DNA of 64,000 nucleotides from Octopus sinensis (GCF_006345805.1 NC_042998.1:59396001-59460000); one strand, 5' to 3'. Shown: positions 40,214-54,015, numbered from the stretch's first letter. The notes: a model not told the origin generated them from the sequence alone. A program made the numbers and translations.

Positions 40214-41679
40214 CATGCATATGTGCATATACATTTACATCAGAAGTTTACAGTTTCTGTCTATTAAAGAGCGTGGTCGGTCTGGATCTACAGTAGAAGA
40301 CACTTAACCAAGATGTCGAGCTTGATCACGAAACCATGCAGTTGCACTACGAGCATCTTAAATACATACCCATAAATATATACTAGATTTATTAACATCC
40401 ACAGTATATTAGCCACCGAATTCTGTACCAATGAATTCCAAGTCCAATACATTTATTTACTGCCACGTATCATATATGAATAATCGCGTTGAAGACAAAT
40501 TATTTTCTTGTTTTATTTTGTGCTGCACTTTTCTTGTTTCCTGTCCCAATTGTTTTAATCCGCCTTATCGAACTCCACTGCATATTACCAATGTAATTAC
40601 TGATAAAGGTTTTTTTTTTTCGTATTGCGCAAGCAAAATGATAACCTTATGCAAATATCGATATGAGTACTATTGGCTTTCATTGATGAAATGAGATTTC
40701 TCTCGAATGGCAAATACAGTCTGCCTACAGATAGGAATATCTAAATGGGGATATCCAGCCTTCATTTTAGATTTTTCGCCAACTGAATTGATAGGTTGTA
40801 TAATATTCTTTTAAGACAAGAGCTGAGTCACGTAGGTCAAGTTATTGTTTAACACGATAAAACAAATGATTTAGTAAACATTTCTCTAGAAAAAATACAT
40901 CTTGAAATGTCATGGGACATTTCTATTTGAAGCGTTCCATTCCTTCTAATTAGTATTCCAGCTAAGTCCAGAAAAGCAATTACTGTAATATATTTCCTCT
41001 GCCACGCATGTCTTTGTGCCGGCATATGCACCTATGTACTGTGGACATACGTATGTCTATACATGCTTCTGTCCATGTATATATTTCTATATACGTGTGC
41101 ATTGTACACATCACTATTCTGAAAACGTAATTATTTTCCTTTACTTCCTGCTAGCTGAAAGGTAATCATCCATTTAAGTGCCAATAGATTCTGGGATTTT
41201 TCAATATGTCATAATATATTTATATAATTCTCCCACATCAGAAATTGACACTTCGATGATAATAAGTATCAGAATATTGTTTCTTTTTTCTCCACTTTGG
41301 TTTTCATGGAAGCGTAGGCTGTAGGAAATTCTCATCTGGTCAGTTTGGTAAGATGTCGGTCTGCTGGCGAAAGGTTAACAGCTTTTTATGGTACTATAGC
41401 TAATGAGCTTATGCACCTGAATGTAAACAATTAAAATGAGAAGATAAGGCTCACAGCTGAAAACAACAGGGCCATTATGCATATATGTAATTTATAAGCT
41501 TCATGTACAAAATCTGTATGAATTGACCTTTTACTCTTACACACATACATACATGCACACATGCACACATAGATGTACACTGACACACACACACACATAT
41601 ATATATACAGTTATTGTTGTATTTATAAGAGATGCTTCGTGCCCCTTAAAGATCCCTAATCTGCAATACTTATCCCTTT

Positions 41680-41965
41680 GATAAGCCCCAATGTACGGAA
41701 TGCAGTTGTGTTGTACGTAGGGTAAGCCCACAGGTTAACTATAAGGTTAGTACTGTAGTGTATAGCCTATGATGTACTGGGGGATGGTACAAAAACGTGA
41801 CAACTACCTACATTGCAGAAGCTCCACGCAGCGTAGGAAAGCGTACGCAGAGTATGGAGGATCGATTAATAATATAGAGGTTAAAGTACTATCAACACAT
41901 AGAACTGATGCACGGAGGCTACACGTAGTCAGACCGAGCCTCAATAGAAAATACGAATTGAACAG
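41680..41965 (+). pseudogene. Decayed GIY-YIG endonuclease remnant (Penelope-like)
   Basis: CTEC followed, after a frameshift, by YVG*. Later IEVKVL...VRPSLNRKYE resembles the C-terminal PxLN motif. Confidence 0.45.
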
Positions 41966-42272
41966 TAACGCTCACCACCACACCACAGCATATAACTAAG
42001 GACAGAAAGGATGGGAAGTAAGAGGAGGAAAATCGTAAATAATACACAGAAACATACAAGGTGATATACACACAACATCCGTTGATGCACTTACCTGTGA
42101 GACTTATTGAGAAATAGAAATAGATGTATAAATAAAATAGATAAATATCTAACAGATACCACCACGCTGGAAATAGCAGCCAAAACATGACTCTGGAATC
42201 ACATTAAATGTTCATACAGTACTTGGAGAGAAGACAAAGAGACAAAATAAACTAGTAAAAAATTAATGAATA

Positions 42273-42331
42273 ATTCCAGATCCTGGATTTCTGACTCTGC
42301 ATAAGAAATGCTCTGCCTTCATCAGTGGAAT
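42273..42331 (-). ncRNA. Type I hammerhead ribozyme (464-bp family)
   Basis: Minus attcca CTGATGA aggc..gcat ttctt atgc..gtca GAAA TCCAGGA TC tggaat. 6-bp perfect stem I, AUC triplet. Confidence 0.8.
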
Positions 42332-42672
42332 ATACTCAGATAACACATAAATAAATACATACATACATACATACACAAAATACGAATACATAGATATATA
42401 TACACACATGCACACGACTAATTGCCCGCCTAAAACTCATCGTGCGACATGGTCAAAATACCACCGCAGTGAATATAATGACGAAATAAATATAAAAATT
42501 TATATAAATAAGGATAAGATTGTTATTTAAATACCGATCTTATCAGGTGGCCATCATGGGAATAAAAACCTTCGAATGTAATAATAATTATTAAAATTAT
42601 AATTTAGGGTATCTAAGAGATACCACCACGCTGGAAATGGCAACCAAAACTTGACAAGTTCTATCTGAGTAT

Positions 42673-42731
42673 ATTCTGCTGATGAAGGTAGAGCATTTCT
42701 TATGCAGAGTCGGAAATCCGGGATCTGGAAT
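42673..42731 (+). ncRNA. Type I hammerhead ribozyme (inverted, more diverged copy)
   Basis: attctg CTGATGA aggtagagcat..atgcagagtcg GAAA TCCGGGA TC tggaat. Confidence 0.7.
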
Positions 42732-42817
42732 TATCCAGTAATTATTTTGCTAGTTTATTTTGTTTCTTTGTCTTCTCTCCTGGTGAGTATGAATATTTAA
42801 TGTGGTTTTAGAGTCAA

Positions 42818-43301
42818 GTTCGTTTGTGCGCATATGTGTCGGTTAGTATGTGTGCATACACATAAATGTATGTATGTATGCATGTGTGTATGCATGTATG
42901 TGTGTCTGTGCATATGTATATATGTATGTATGTATATACATTTGTATGTATTCTGCATACTCATGTTTGCCTTCCGTGTTTGTGTGTTTTTATGTATATA
43001 TGTGTGTGTGTATACCTCTGTCTCCTTGTGTGTGCACGTCTGAGTGTGCGTGTGTGTGTGTTTTGCAACTGTGTACCGTGTTTGTATGTATGGATGTGTA
43101 TCTCTATATGTGTGGACGTATGTCTCTATATGTATCCTTGTGTGAAGTAAAGTGTGTGTGTGTATATATAGTCATGTGTTTCAGTCTTCATTTGTGTATG
43201 TGTGCTTGGCTGTTCATATAAACTATGTACCTGCCCGTCTGTATGTTGATCTGTTTACTTTCATATCCATATGCTTACATACATGTGCACATACATAATA
43301 C

Positions 43302-43336
<35 letters not shown>

Positions 43337-44315
43337 CACTCACACACACATACACTCATCTATCTATATAACAGACCACTTACTATGCTACTAAACTGTA
43401 GATATGGGGTATATCTACTATGTATATTTCCTGTTTAGTATTGGGATATTTCATTTATGTGGACGTACTCTTGTATTTGTGTGAGTGTTGGGTCCTTTGG
43501 GTGCTTGGATAAGATGCGGTTGTCAAGTTGACCCAGGTTGCCTCCATGTTGGTCTTTGGTATGTTGGTAGAGTAGGCAATCTGGGTCAACTTGACATCCG
43601 CATCTTATCCAAGCACCCTAAGCACTCAGACAAATACAGGAGTACGTCCTCATAAATGAAACTTCCCAATACTAAATAGTAAATATGCATAGTTGATATC
43701 ATACCCCCACACCCACAGTTTACACAGGTAGAGTAGAATAGTTAGTGGACTGTTATGTAGATATATAAGTGTGTGTGTGTGGGGGGTGTATATAAATATG
43801 TGTATATGCACATATATGTAAGCATATGGATATGAAATTAAACAGATCAACATACAGACGGACAGGTATATAGTTTATATGAACAGACAAGTACACATAC
43901 ACAAATGAAGCCTGAATGACATGACCATATATACACACACACACACTTTACTTCACACAAGGACATTTATGGAGATACATGTCCACACATATGGAGATAC
44001 ACATCCATACATAAAAACACCGTATATAGTCGCAAAACACACACACACACTCACACACACACACTCAGACATGCACACAGAAGGTGACAGAGGTACACCA
44101 GCGCGCGCGCAAACGCACACACATACATAAAAATACACAAACACGGACATGCAATCACATGATTATGCAGAATGCATCCATACAAATGTACACACATACA
44201 TACATATATACATATGCACATACACACATACACACGTGTATATATACATATATACATGAAAGTGTATGCACGCACACACACACACACAAACTGACAGATA
44301 TGCGCCCAAACAAAC
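42818..44315. repeat. ~1.5-kb foldback palindrome with microsatellite-rich arms
   Basis: Inner arms gtgcttggataagatgcgg.tgtcaagttgaccca / tgggtcaacttgaca.ccgcatcttatccaagcac around a ~30-bp spacer (43544-43573). Pairing continues to gtttgtgcgcatat / atatgcgcccaaac. Confidence 0.85.
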
Positions 44316-45607
44316 AAAAAGAATGCAGTGTGAATAACGGACAGAGTCAAAACTATTGATAAGGCTGCAAGACTCAACGAAAATTTTAGAAAAATAGAAA
44401 AGAAGTTAATGAGAATTTTATCGGTGAGTGTGTAAAATTATAAGGCAGTAAAACAGAATGACTCTCCTCAGACACAACACAACACCCTATATATTATTTT
44501 TAATGTTTTTTGCTGGGATCTTAGTACACCAGGAGCACAATGGAGTGAAATGATGGGGCTGAGGGGAAGGCCACACTGATGCTAAATGTTATGACATACA
44601 CACAAGCATACAGACACACATACACACAAGCAAAGGCACAAACGCATGCGCACATACGGATACACATCTTAGAAGAGCAGAATTGTTTAAGTGGAGCAAA
44701 AGCACACACTAAAATAAAAGCTGTAGCTGAAGAGCTCACAAATGTGAAATGAAAAATTTCCGGACAATGGACATGAGTTAAAATAATAAAATAAGAACAG
44801 TAATAAACGAGCGAATATAAAAAAATATCGCGCGCGTGTTTATTCGGTAAAAAAAAAATGAACATCCCGAAATACAATAATATATGTTTCAATACACCAT
44901 TTCACATCAAGATTATTACAAAATGAATTAATAATCGTTTATACACTGATACCTCAGGAATCAATGAGTTATATTACACAATAATGCATGCATTGAGAAA
45001 CAACTCACTTTATAAAACTCACTTTATTTATACTATATCTGTACTAGTTCTGAAGCTAAATTTCTTTACTTTCTATACCTCTATGAATATTTTAAATACA
45101 ACAAATGGCTATCCGATTTGAGTGGTGAGATCTATACACTTCAGAAAATCTTAAACGACAGTTCTATGTTATTAAAGCTGCATTTGGAAATGTATTTTGT
45201 GTATTTTTTTATTCACACATTTCTCTAATCTCACAACGGTTTGCATAGCTGCAATATCTTTTTATTGTTACTAACTTTCGTGACTATTTTCATAATTTAA
45301 TCAAAATGCACTTGACACAGTAACATTTGCCTCTAAGTTTTATATAAGTTTATACGCGAAAGTTGTTGCATCAATTTCTTTTTCTAAATGGTCAATACGC
45401 AGGAAAAAAGGTTTGAGTGTAAGCACTTGCTACACTTTGCTAATTCCTTCACATATTGTCAACTGTTATATTCGTCTATAGCAATTCTTTCAGGATTCTC
45501 TCAACATTTTTATCATTTCCATTTTAACTTTTTATATAATGTTAGTTTCTATGTCTATCATTAGTATTTTATTCATACATACATACATACATACATACGT
45601 ACATACA

Positions 45608-45641
<34 letters not shown>

Positions 45642-45683
45642 CATACATACATACATACATACATACATACTACATACATACAT

Positions 45684-45732
<49 letters not shown>

Positions 45733-45738
45733 ATATAT

Positions 45739-45773
<35 letters not shown>

Positions 45774-45815
45774 TTAAAGGAGTACTGGAAGAGGTATTTT
45801 GATGATTGCTTCATA

Positions 45816-46320
45816 CACTGGCGAAAATAAATTTAAGACCGCTGATAAAATTTCTAATTGTTACCGTATTTTTTTTTTACCAATTCCATACAAATTATTT
45901 CTATCTTTTACACTTCATGCAGAATGTATTTCTCTTTCGAATGATGGAAACAGTAATTAATTTTATTCAACTTGAAGAATTCGAATGCTAAATTAATATA
46001 AACGTTTCAAATTTACCGGCAAAATTAGTTTAAGACCATGTAATATGTATGGATTTTTTTTTTTCCAAAATGGGTGGTTACACAACTAGACTAAGTGCAC
46101 TATATAGTGTTATAATTTAACGCTATTATACAATTGATTAATAATGGGAAAACAGCGTAGCCTCAGTCCAATCACGAGAGCAAAAATCGTATTACTCCAC
46201 CAGCAAAAAATTTATTTTTCGAACATCAGCAAGCAACTAATGTGCAGTAAAATGGCTTGCGTGCAAGCGTGGATGTTATACACGGAGACTGGTCAATATC
46301 TTCTGGTCACGCTTCAGGAG
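45816..46320 (+). mobile_element. Tc1-like transposon 5' fragment
   Basis: TA|CACTG terminus; terminal motif repeated at ~46015 (IR/DR type); ORF 46144 MGK...LS...RAKIVLLHQQ...ISKQL.CSK is a Tc1-type HTH. Confidence 0.7.
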
Positions 46321-46324
46321 CGGT

Positions 46325-46632
46325 TACTGCAGTAGCCTGGGTTTCAAGGGCCCGCAGCTTTTTAATATTCTCCCAAAGAGTCTGAGGAACTTGCACACGG
46401 TAGATGTAGGGATTTTTAAATCAAAGCTGGACCTCTTCCTGTCGAGAGTCCCAGATGAACCAACCTCACGGCAAGAGGTGCAAATGAGGGTAGCTATATC
46501 AAACTCCGTTCTTCAGCAAGTGCCACAAAGTAGATGTGGCTTTTAGTAGTAACAGTGTAGTAAAACGGCGGGGCATCAGCATGGGCGCAGCTCTGAGCTG
46601 AAGCTAGAGAAAATACAAAAAATATATATATG

Positions 46633-46696
<64 letters not shown>

Positions 46697-46890
46697 TATG
46701 TATACACATACATATATGAACAAACTTCGCAGCAGGAGGTGCAGATGAGGGCAGCTGCATCAAACTCTCTCTTATACCAAATGTCAATTGCTAAAAAACA
46801 TTCGTGAAGGAAAATTATGTAGCAACACCAAATGGCGCTGCCCCAGCATGGCCACAGCTCGTGAGCTGAAACTAGATGAAATAAAAAATA
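46325..46890 (+). mobile_element. Two CR1-clade LINE 3' ends (46325-46620 and ~46716-46890)
   Basis: SLGFKGPQLFNILPKSLRN...FKSKLDLFLSRVPDEP; both end in cagcatgg..cagctc..gagctgaa.ctaga. Confidence 0.8.
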
Positions 46891-46989
46891 TAGATTTTAT
46901 ATATGTATGTGTGTATATTATATTATATATATATATATTATATATATATATTATATATATATATAATATATATATATATACACACACAG

Positions 46990-47029
<40 letters not shown>

Positions 47030-48194
47030 CGATTTGTACAATCATAAAACATGAATTAGGTATGGTAATTGTTTTTTATTCGTTGTGTCACCGATCAGAT
47101 TATTAGCTCTAATCTCTCTCTCACAAAGAGTTGTTACATTCGTATTTTCCATTAATTTTTTCCTTTAGGCATGATATATTGCTTTTTGTGATCTTTAATA
47201 TTTAACTTCCCTCACAGTAAAGATATATATCAAATATAGTTCTGGATGATTACAAAATCTACCGTTGTACATCATGTAATATTAGTATTTCAAGTGTTAT
47301 GAAATTGCTCAGGATCTATTTTCTTTATCAATCCGTCAATGCATATTGCCTAGTTTTAAATATTTCTTGTTTTTACCTCTGAGTTCTGACAATTAAATTT
47401 TGTTTGTATATTTCTGCAAGCTTATTTCAATTCTTTCTATTTTGTCATTTATTACGATGAATACATCTGCATTTAAATAGTCTTGTCACTATACCGGAAA
47501 ATTCATATTACAAAGCTAATGCTTGCAGCAATTGAAACTATATTTTTATAACTGTGAATCAATTTCTCAAGATTATTCCAATTTGTTTTATACATTACAG
47601 GTTGTTTTTTCTCTTCAAATATATTCTTTCTTTGTCGAGTCACTGATTTCATAACACGTTTATGATCCAAAAATCATCATTGCCTGTTTCTTCTTTGATT
47701 AAATACGATCGAAGCTCTGATTGTTTAGACTTGTCAAATTCAGAGGCCATTACATATATTGAACTCAAACCGCATTGGGAAGCCTATTAAATGTAACAAA
47801 ATTAAGGGTGGTTCGAATTACTATAATCAAAATTATTTATGTATATGTGTTTGTTTGTGTGTGATTTTATTTGTATATTTGTTTCGTGTAGGAACATGTG
47901 TTTGCATAATCTATGAACATTTCGTGCAAAGAAATTCGTAAAATCTGAATTTGAAAATTCGTGATTAATGTATTTGAACACTATACAAATATTCTTTTAA
48001 AAAATCTTTTCTTGCAATTCTTCTAAAATTTCGAAACCGGGTACCGGTTTCGAAGTTTAGCGCCAAACATGTGCCCGACTTCCCATCAGCCAAAGTCTAC
48101 CAGCCAAACCACTACCAACACTCTCCCACACCATGCCTGAAAAAGTCCTTTTGAAGTGACCAAACACTATAGGACTAAACGAAATCTGTAAAAT

Positions 48195-48498
48195 TTATAA
48201 ATAAATATAGGGATGATATTATTAAATTACTATCACGAGTGGTAAGCGAATTATCAGCCGTACAGGTAAATTAATAAAATATTTACATTCAATATACATT
48301 TGTGATTATTCGGTTGTATACAAGTATTTTTTTACTTCTATTTTTTAACGATATAGGTAATCATTTAGTACTCTTGTATATATATGTACATATCTTATAT
48401 TGTATGTATATATTTTATTAATTTACCTGTTCGGCTGGTAACTCGCTTACCACTCGAGATTGTATTTTAATATTACCATCCCTATATCTATTTATATA
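48195..48498. repeat. Inverted repeat, ~90-bp arms, ~125-bp spacer
   Basis: cgagtggtaagcga.tta.cagccg.acaggtaaattaataaaata versus its reverse complement at 48410-48498. Confidence 0.8.
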
Positions 48499-48564
48499 TA
48501 TATATATAAGTATATATACATATATACATATATATATGTATATAGATTCATCTTTATATATGTA

Positions 48565-49550
48565 CTAGCATTAAAGACCCGTCGTTGCCGGGTCATAGTG
48601 CTAGTGCATGTATATATGTGTATATATATGTGTACATATTACATGTACATCTATATATATACATCTACACATAAAATAGAAAATACAAAGTTATATCTTG
48701 ATATCGCTAGTGATAACAATACTCAAAATATATAACAGACTGGAATTGTTAGCCCGTCTTTTGTAATTTCGATCAATTGTATCCTTTCCTCCCTCTTGTA
48801 TAGAAGTGTGGCTACAATCCAGCCTACCTCCACTTCTGGGGGGGGGGGGGCATTTTAAATTTTTTCCGGGACGTCCTACGTCCCAGATATAAAGGTAAAA
48901 ATAGAATATTTCCACTTTGCAAGTTCGTGTGGAGTACTCATTTGCACGCTCCGTTGACTCGAACCTTGCTTCTATGTGGCGAATTTACCGCCTGTGATTA
49001 GATACCTTTCATAGTCGCACCAAGACACTTTTCGAAGGTGCTTTCCTCCATGTGTTCAAATCTTTTTTCTCTACAGTGTATACTTTATAGACAATATTCT
49101 TTTCTTTAATTTAATTTTTTATTATCCATCTGGACTATTCAATTTCTGCACGCTAATTTCATTTTTAATTTATTCCCATTCATGTGAAACCACTTATTCA
49201 AGTTCAAATCATTGAGGCAATTTTATACCAATTGCTATTTTTACTTTTGTTATGTTACGATTATATTATCGTTTAGTTTGATTTTAATTTTTACTTACTA
49301 CATATAATTCAACTGTTATTATTATTTTTATTGTTAAAGTGAAAATATCTGACATAAAATAGAGAAACGTTTTTGTTTCACTTTTAACACATAATACTGA
49401 AATAGTGGAGATGATATGATATTGCTGTCGGCTCGCCCTAATTAAGGCATGTGTAAAATTTGAATGAAATTGGTTGTGTAGGTCTCAAGTTTTAAGGAAA
49501 CACACAGACAGACAGACAGACAGATATTCTCAGTTTTATATATATAAAGA
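48565..49550 (-). mobile_element. Non-autonomous Helitron (~985 bp)
   Basis: Minus 5'-TC, (GTCT)n, subterminal hairpin GACCCGGCAACGACGGGTC, 3'-CTAG, inserted between A and T. Confidence 0.8.
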
Positions 49551-49598
49551 TATATATATGTACATATGCATATTCATGTACATATATATGTATATATA

Positions 49599-49654
<56 letters not shown>

Positions 49655-49672
49655 ATATATATATGTATATCT

Positions 49673-49990
49673 GAGACCCCCTTCGGTCACGACACTGACC
49701 ATGGGATTGCACCTAGAAAGTGACCCTCCCAGGCACAAGTCCGGGCAAAATTGTTTATGGAAGACAAGCAGTCGCCTATGCATACCGGCCTCCCCTCTCC
49801 CCGCTACCAGTGATATCCAAGGGCAAGCAAGGACCGATACAGCTTGGCATCTGTGACGTCGCAACTTATTTCTACAGCTGAGTGAACTGGAGCAAAGTCA
49901 AATAAAGTGTCTTGCTCAAGAGCACAAAACGCAGCCCGCTGCGGGATTCGGGGTCACAACCTCATGATCGTAAGCTCGACGCTCTAACCA
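49673..49990 (-). mobile_element. tRNA-derived SINE (V-domain-like core)
   Basis: Minus tggttagagcgtcgagcttacgatcatgaggttgtg...gtgctcttgagcaagacactttattt. Confidence 0.7.
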
Positions 49991-50027
49991 CATATATATA
50001 TACATATTATATTTATATATATTTATA

Positions 50028-50640
50028 AGGAGTGGCAGTGTGGTAAGTAGCTAGCTTATGAACCACATGGTTCCGGGTTATCGTACTATAGCCTAGCGCC
50101 GACCAAAGTCTTGTCAGTGGATTTGGTAGATGGAAACTGAAAGATGCCCGTCGTATATATGTATATATATATATATATATATGTTTGTGTGTTCGTGTTT
50201 GCCCCCCCACCCTCAACATCGTTGCTGGTGTGTTCATGTCCCGAAACATAGCGGTTCGGAATAGAGAACGATAGAATATGTACTAAGCTTACAAAGAATA
50301 AGTCCTGGGGTCCAGCATGGCGGTGCTCCAGCATGGCCGCAGTCAAATGACTGAAACAAGTAAAAGAGTATATATATATTGTTTTTATATATGTATATAT
50401 ATGTGTGTATGTATACATATGTTAATGTTTGTATTTGTGCGCGTGCTCATGTCTGTCTTTGTACCGTTTGACAACCGATGCTGCTGTATTTATGTCCCCG
50501 TAACTTAGCCGTTCGGTGAAACACACTGATAGAATAAGTACTAGACTGACACAGAATAAATTTCGGGTTCGATTTCTTCATCTATAGACGCTGCTCCAGC
50601 ATGACTGCAGTCACATGACCAAAACAATTAAAACAATAAA
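50028..50640 (+). mobile_element. OK-like SINE plus a second SINE tail
   Basis: Head aggagtggcagtgtggtaagtagc...; tails ccagcatggccgcagtcaaatgactgaaaca (50328) and a similar copy at ~50596. Confidence 0.7.
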
Positions 50641-50732
50641 AAACTAGGATCGTTTCACTTTGGCCGGCAGATTTTTAAAATAATTTCTTTGTAACTAAAC
50701 ACTTTTAAACTTCGTATACTGGTAGTGTGTTA

Positions 50733-52003
50733 CGAGGGGCGTTCAATAAGTAATGCCCCTGACCCACTTCCCATAGCAGTAGAGCAACGAAACTTGGAAC
50801 AGTTATTAGTCTTTTTCTACATAGGAACCACCCAGAGTTACGCATTTCTCCCATCGTTTGATGTAGCTCGGAAGGCCGTTTTTGTAGAAGACCCCAGCTT
50901 GGTCCTCCAATCACGACGTGACTTCAGAAATCAAGGCTGCATCATCTGGGAAACGCTTTCCTTTCAAAAACAACTTCATGGCTGGGAAGAGGTGAAAATC
51001 AGAGGGTGCAAGGTCAGGAGAGTAGGGGGGATGGGGGATGAGTTCATAGCCGCACGCCTGTGCTTCTGATCTGGCGACACGCGAGTTGTGGATCGGAGCG
51101 TTGTCCTGCAGGAAGGGATGCCTTTGCTGATCTTGCCCCGCCTCTTGATTTTGATAGCTTCTCTTAATTTCCTCAAAAGTGAAGCATAATAGACTCCTGT
51201 AATTGTGGCACCCTTTGCCAGGAAATCTGTCTTCACTACTCCGTCCTGGTCCCAGAAGACTGTGAGCATGACCTTGCCAGCGGAGGGCTGCACCCTTGCC
51301 TTCTTTGGAGGAGGTGAGTCACGGTGCTTCCACTGCATTGACTGGGCTTTGGTCTCTGGATCATAGTGATGGACCCAGGTTTTATCCTATGCAATAAGTC
51401 TTTTGAAAAATTTTGACTTGGCACATCTCCAAATTCATCCTCGGACAATCGACGCGTTCTTGCTTCTGGAAAGGTGTGAGCAACCTGGGAATCCATCTGG
51501 CAGACACCTTTTGCATATGCAAATGGTCATGAATGATAGTTTCCACAGACCCGGTACTAATCTTGACCTCATGGGCTATTTGGCGAATAGTTATGCGTCG
51601 ATCTTCCAAAATGGCAGCCTTAACTTGACAGACAGATGCTTCATCAATGGCAGAAGGGGGCGACCAGATATGGGAGCTGTTTCCACAGAGTTCCGACCAT
51701 GTTTGAATTCACGATGCCAGCGTTTTACAAGGTCATATGATGGGGCATCATCACTATAAGTTACTTTCATTTCATCAAAAGTCTCCCGTGGTGTGCGTCC
51801 TTTCAAATACAAAATCCGACACTCAACATGCTCCATTTCACACTTGACTCAGTTCAAACACCTGTTAATCGGAAACCACAATTAGTTCAGAGCTGTAATT
51901 TGCCACTTAATCTATAGAGATATAAATGATTGCACATGCAAACTTTCAGCTAGATCAAACAACTGCAAGTGCGTCAGAGGCATTACTTATTGAACGCCCC
52001 TCG
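50733..52003 (-). mobile_element. Mariner DNA transposon, second copy of the same family, multiply frameshifted
   Basis: Same TIRs and TA duplication as 14615-15909; transposase split over ORFs 51591..51836, 51382..51609 and 50976..51338. Confidence 0.95.
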
Positions 52004-52150
52004 TACATAAAACATCTTTTTCTCTTGGCTTTTTTTGAGAAAATTCTGTAGTTTCTAAGCTATTTGTTGTTTAATTTCTTGCATTTCGGCAATTTCAACC
52101 AATCAAAGCTATGCCCTTTTATACCCGAGTGACGCCTGGTATCTCTACTA

Positions 52151-52151
<1 letters not shown>
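52004..52151 (+). mobile_element. Helitron 3' end; the element is probably interrupted by the mariner (upstream part ~50645-50730)
   Basis: Imperfect hairpin atacccg.gtgacgcctggtat followed by CTAG|T. Confidence 0.55.
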
Positions 52152-52208
<57 letters not shown>

Positions 52209-52551
52209 CGTATCAAGTTATATGTGTATGTACACAGTAGTATGTACCCGGCTGATAAATATTTAATTTTAGTGTTAATTGCTTGTGGTATATTATATTT
52301 AATGTAGTAATTGTATATTTATTCCTCTTTATCATGTAATAAGCAAAAAATAGCACTCGCACGCACGCACGCACACACACACGCATTCATGTGCATATAT
52401 ATTTATATATCAATTATAATTCCCACAAGGACAGTTAAATTTATAATGCGTAATTCGAATTAGTGAGCAATTAACACTGAAACGAAATACAGATACAGTT
52501 ATATGTTCATATCACCCAACTAGTTCTGACGTGCATGTCTAGATATGAGAG

Positions 52552-52582
<31 letters not shown>

Positions 52583-53452
52583 AAGAGAGAAAGGAAACAC
52601 ACTGCCAATTATATTGACAATACTGTATATCTCTTCAAATTCCACTGAGATGTTATTTGTCAAACCAAAGCTTTGGTAGAAGACGCTGGCACAAGATATT
52701 ATTCTGTTGTTCCGAACACGAAGGTATGTGATACCGAAGTGAAATTCTTTACTAATCTGGAAGATTATTTATGCTAACAGGTAAAGGACAGAACGAATAT
52801 TTTGCCAAATGAATCCTTCCCGTGGGTGTTTGATTTGTCGATGAATAACAGTGGATATAATTGTGTTCTCTCAAATATTCCTATCAGTTATTATATCTAG
52901 CATATCTTTTAAAGTGAAGAACAATTAGAGCAATTTTGAAGTGGGTTAGATGATATGATCGTCAATGGCTGTACTCCATGGGCCCAGGAAAATGAACGGT
53001 GAAATTGATCTAAGCCTCATCTGAACTCATAACTTTGAGAGCCGGAATAAATACTCTGAGATACTTCTCCGGTTCTCTGACTTTTCTCTCAACCCACCAC
53101 CGTTTTGATCTGTAACGCTTTAAAAGAATAATGGCATACCTGCAATATATATATATATAATAACAAAATAATAAATAAAACCAGAGGGCTACTTTCTTTC
53201 TGACCACTGCCTTCAACAAGTGTAGACGGCTTTTCTGTCTCTCTCTTAAGCCGTTTTTCTCATAGCGTCCAAAATAATTTTTCCTTTCGTTCGGCTTAAC
53301 AGCCCTTACCGTTTGTTTTTACTGTTGTTCTCCTTGTCCTGTCTTTTATTGTCTTTATTTGTATTTTTACTGTCTTCTTTTGTTTTTACTGTCCTGTTCT
53401 TGTTACCACTTTTACCCCACCGCAAAAAAACGCCAAGTTTTATTTAATTTGC

Positions 53453-53800
53453 TTTGAGGGAAGGATTGTTTCAAAGAAGTCGTGTCTTGCCCTTACCTTC
53501 GAAACACGGAGTAGACGAAGCAGGGGGAGCTGAAGAAGAGGAATATTCCTTGTGTTGTATGTCTTGTACTCTGTTTTTTCGTTGTTTAAAAAAAGTCCGT
53601 TTCCATGATTTTGTTTTTATGTTTTCGTTTCTCATTGTGTTCGACGTTTTTTGGTGTCCTGTACCGATATATGCATGTATATATGCATATAGATATAGGT
53701 ATGTACTTATATGTATGTATATATGCATATCATTTATTCATTATTTTGTTATTATATGATCGGACGCCACGCATCCGCTTCCAAGTAAGTTTTCTCTCTT

Positions 53801-53836
<36 letters not shown>

Positions 53837-54015
53837 CAAAATTAAGAGGAATGACTACTAAAGTTGACACCCTAGATGCTAAACACAGACGTCAAATCGC
53901 CATTACCACGAAGAATGTGTTCTAAAGAAAAAAAATCTCAGCAAAACGACAAAATGTAAAAGATGAATACGACATATGAAAACATACGAAACAAAAACGA
54001 TTACACATGCACCAT

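Larger units (their letters stand above)
42155..42820. repeat. ~464-bp unit with a partial direct repeat and terminal inversion, carrying hammerheads (pLTR/retrozyme-like)
   Basis: gataccaccacgctggaaat..ccaaaac at 42155 and again at 42619. 42662-42820 is the reverse complement of ~42184-42343. Confidence 0.85.

Noticed and set aside
53490-53545. Type II-like permuted hammerhead (cttc GAAAC..GTA ... CTGAAGA agagg)
   Set aside because: Stem I cannot form (purine-rich linker) and the partner arm has GGAA in place of GAAA.
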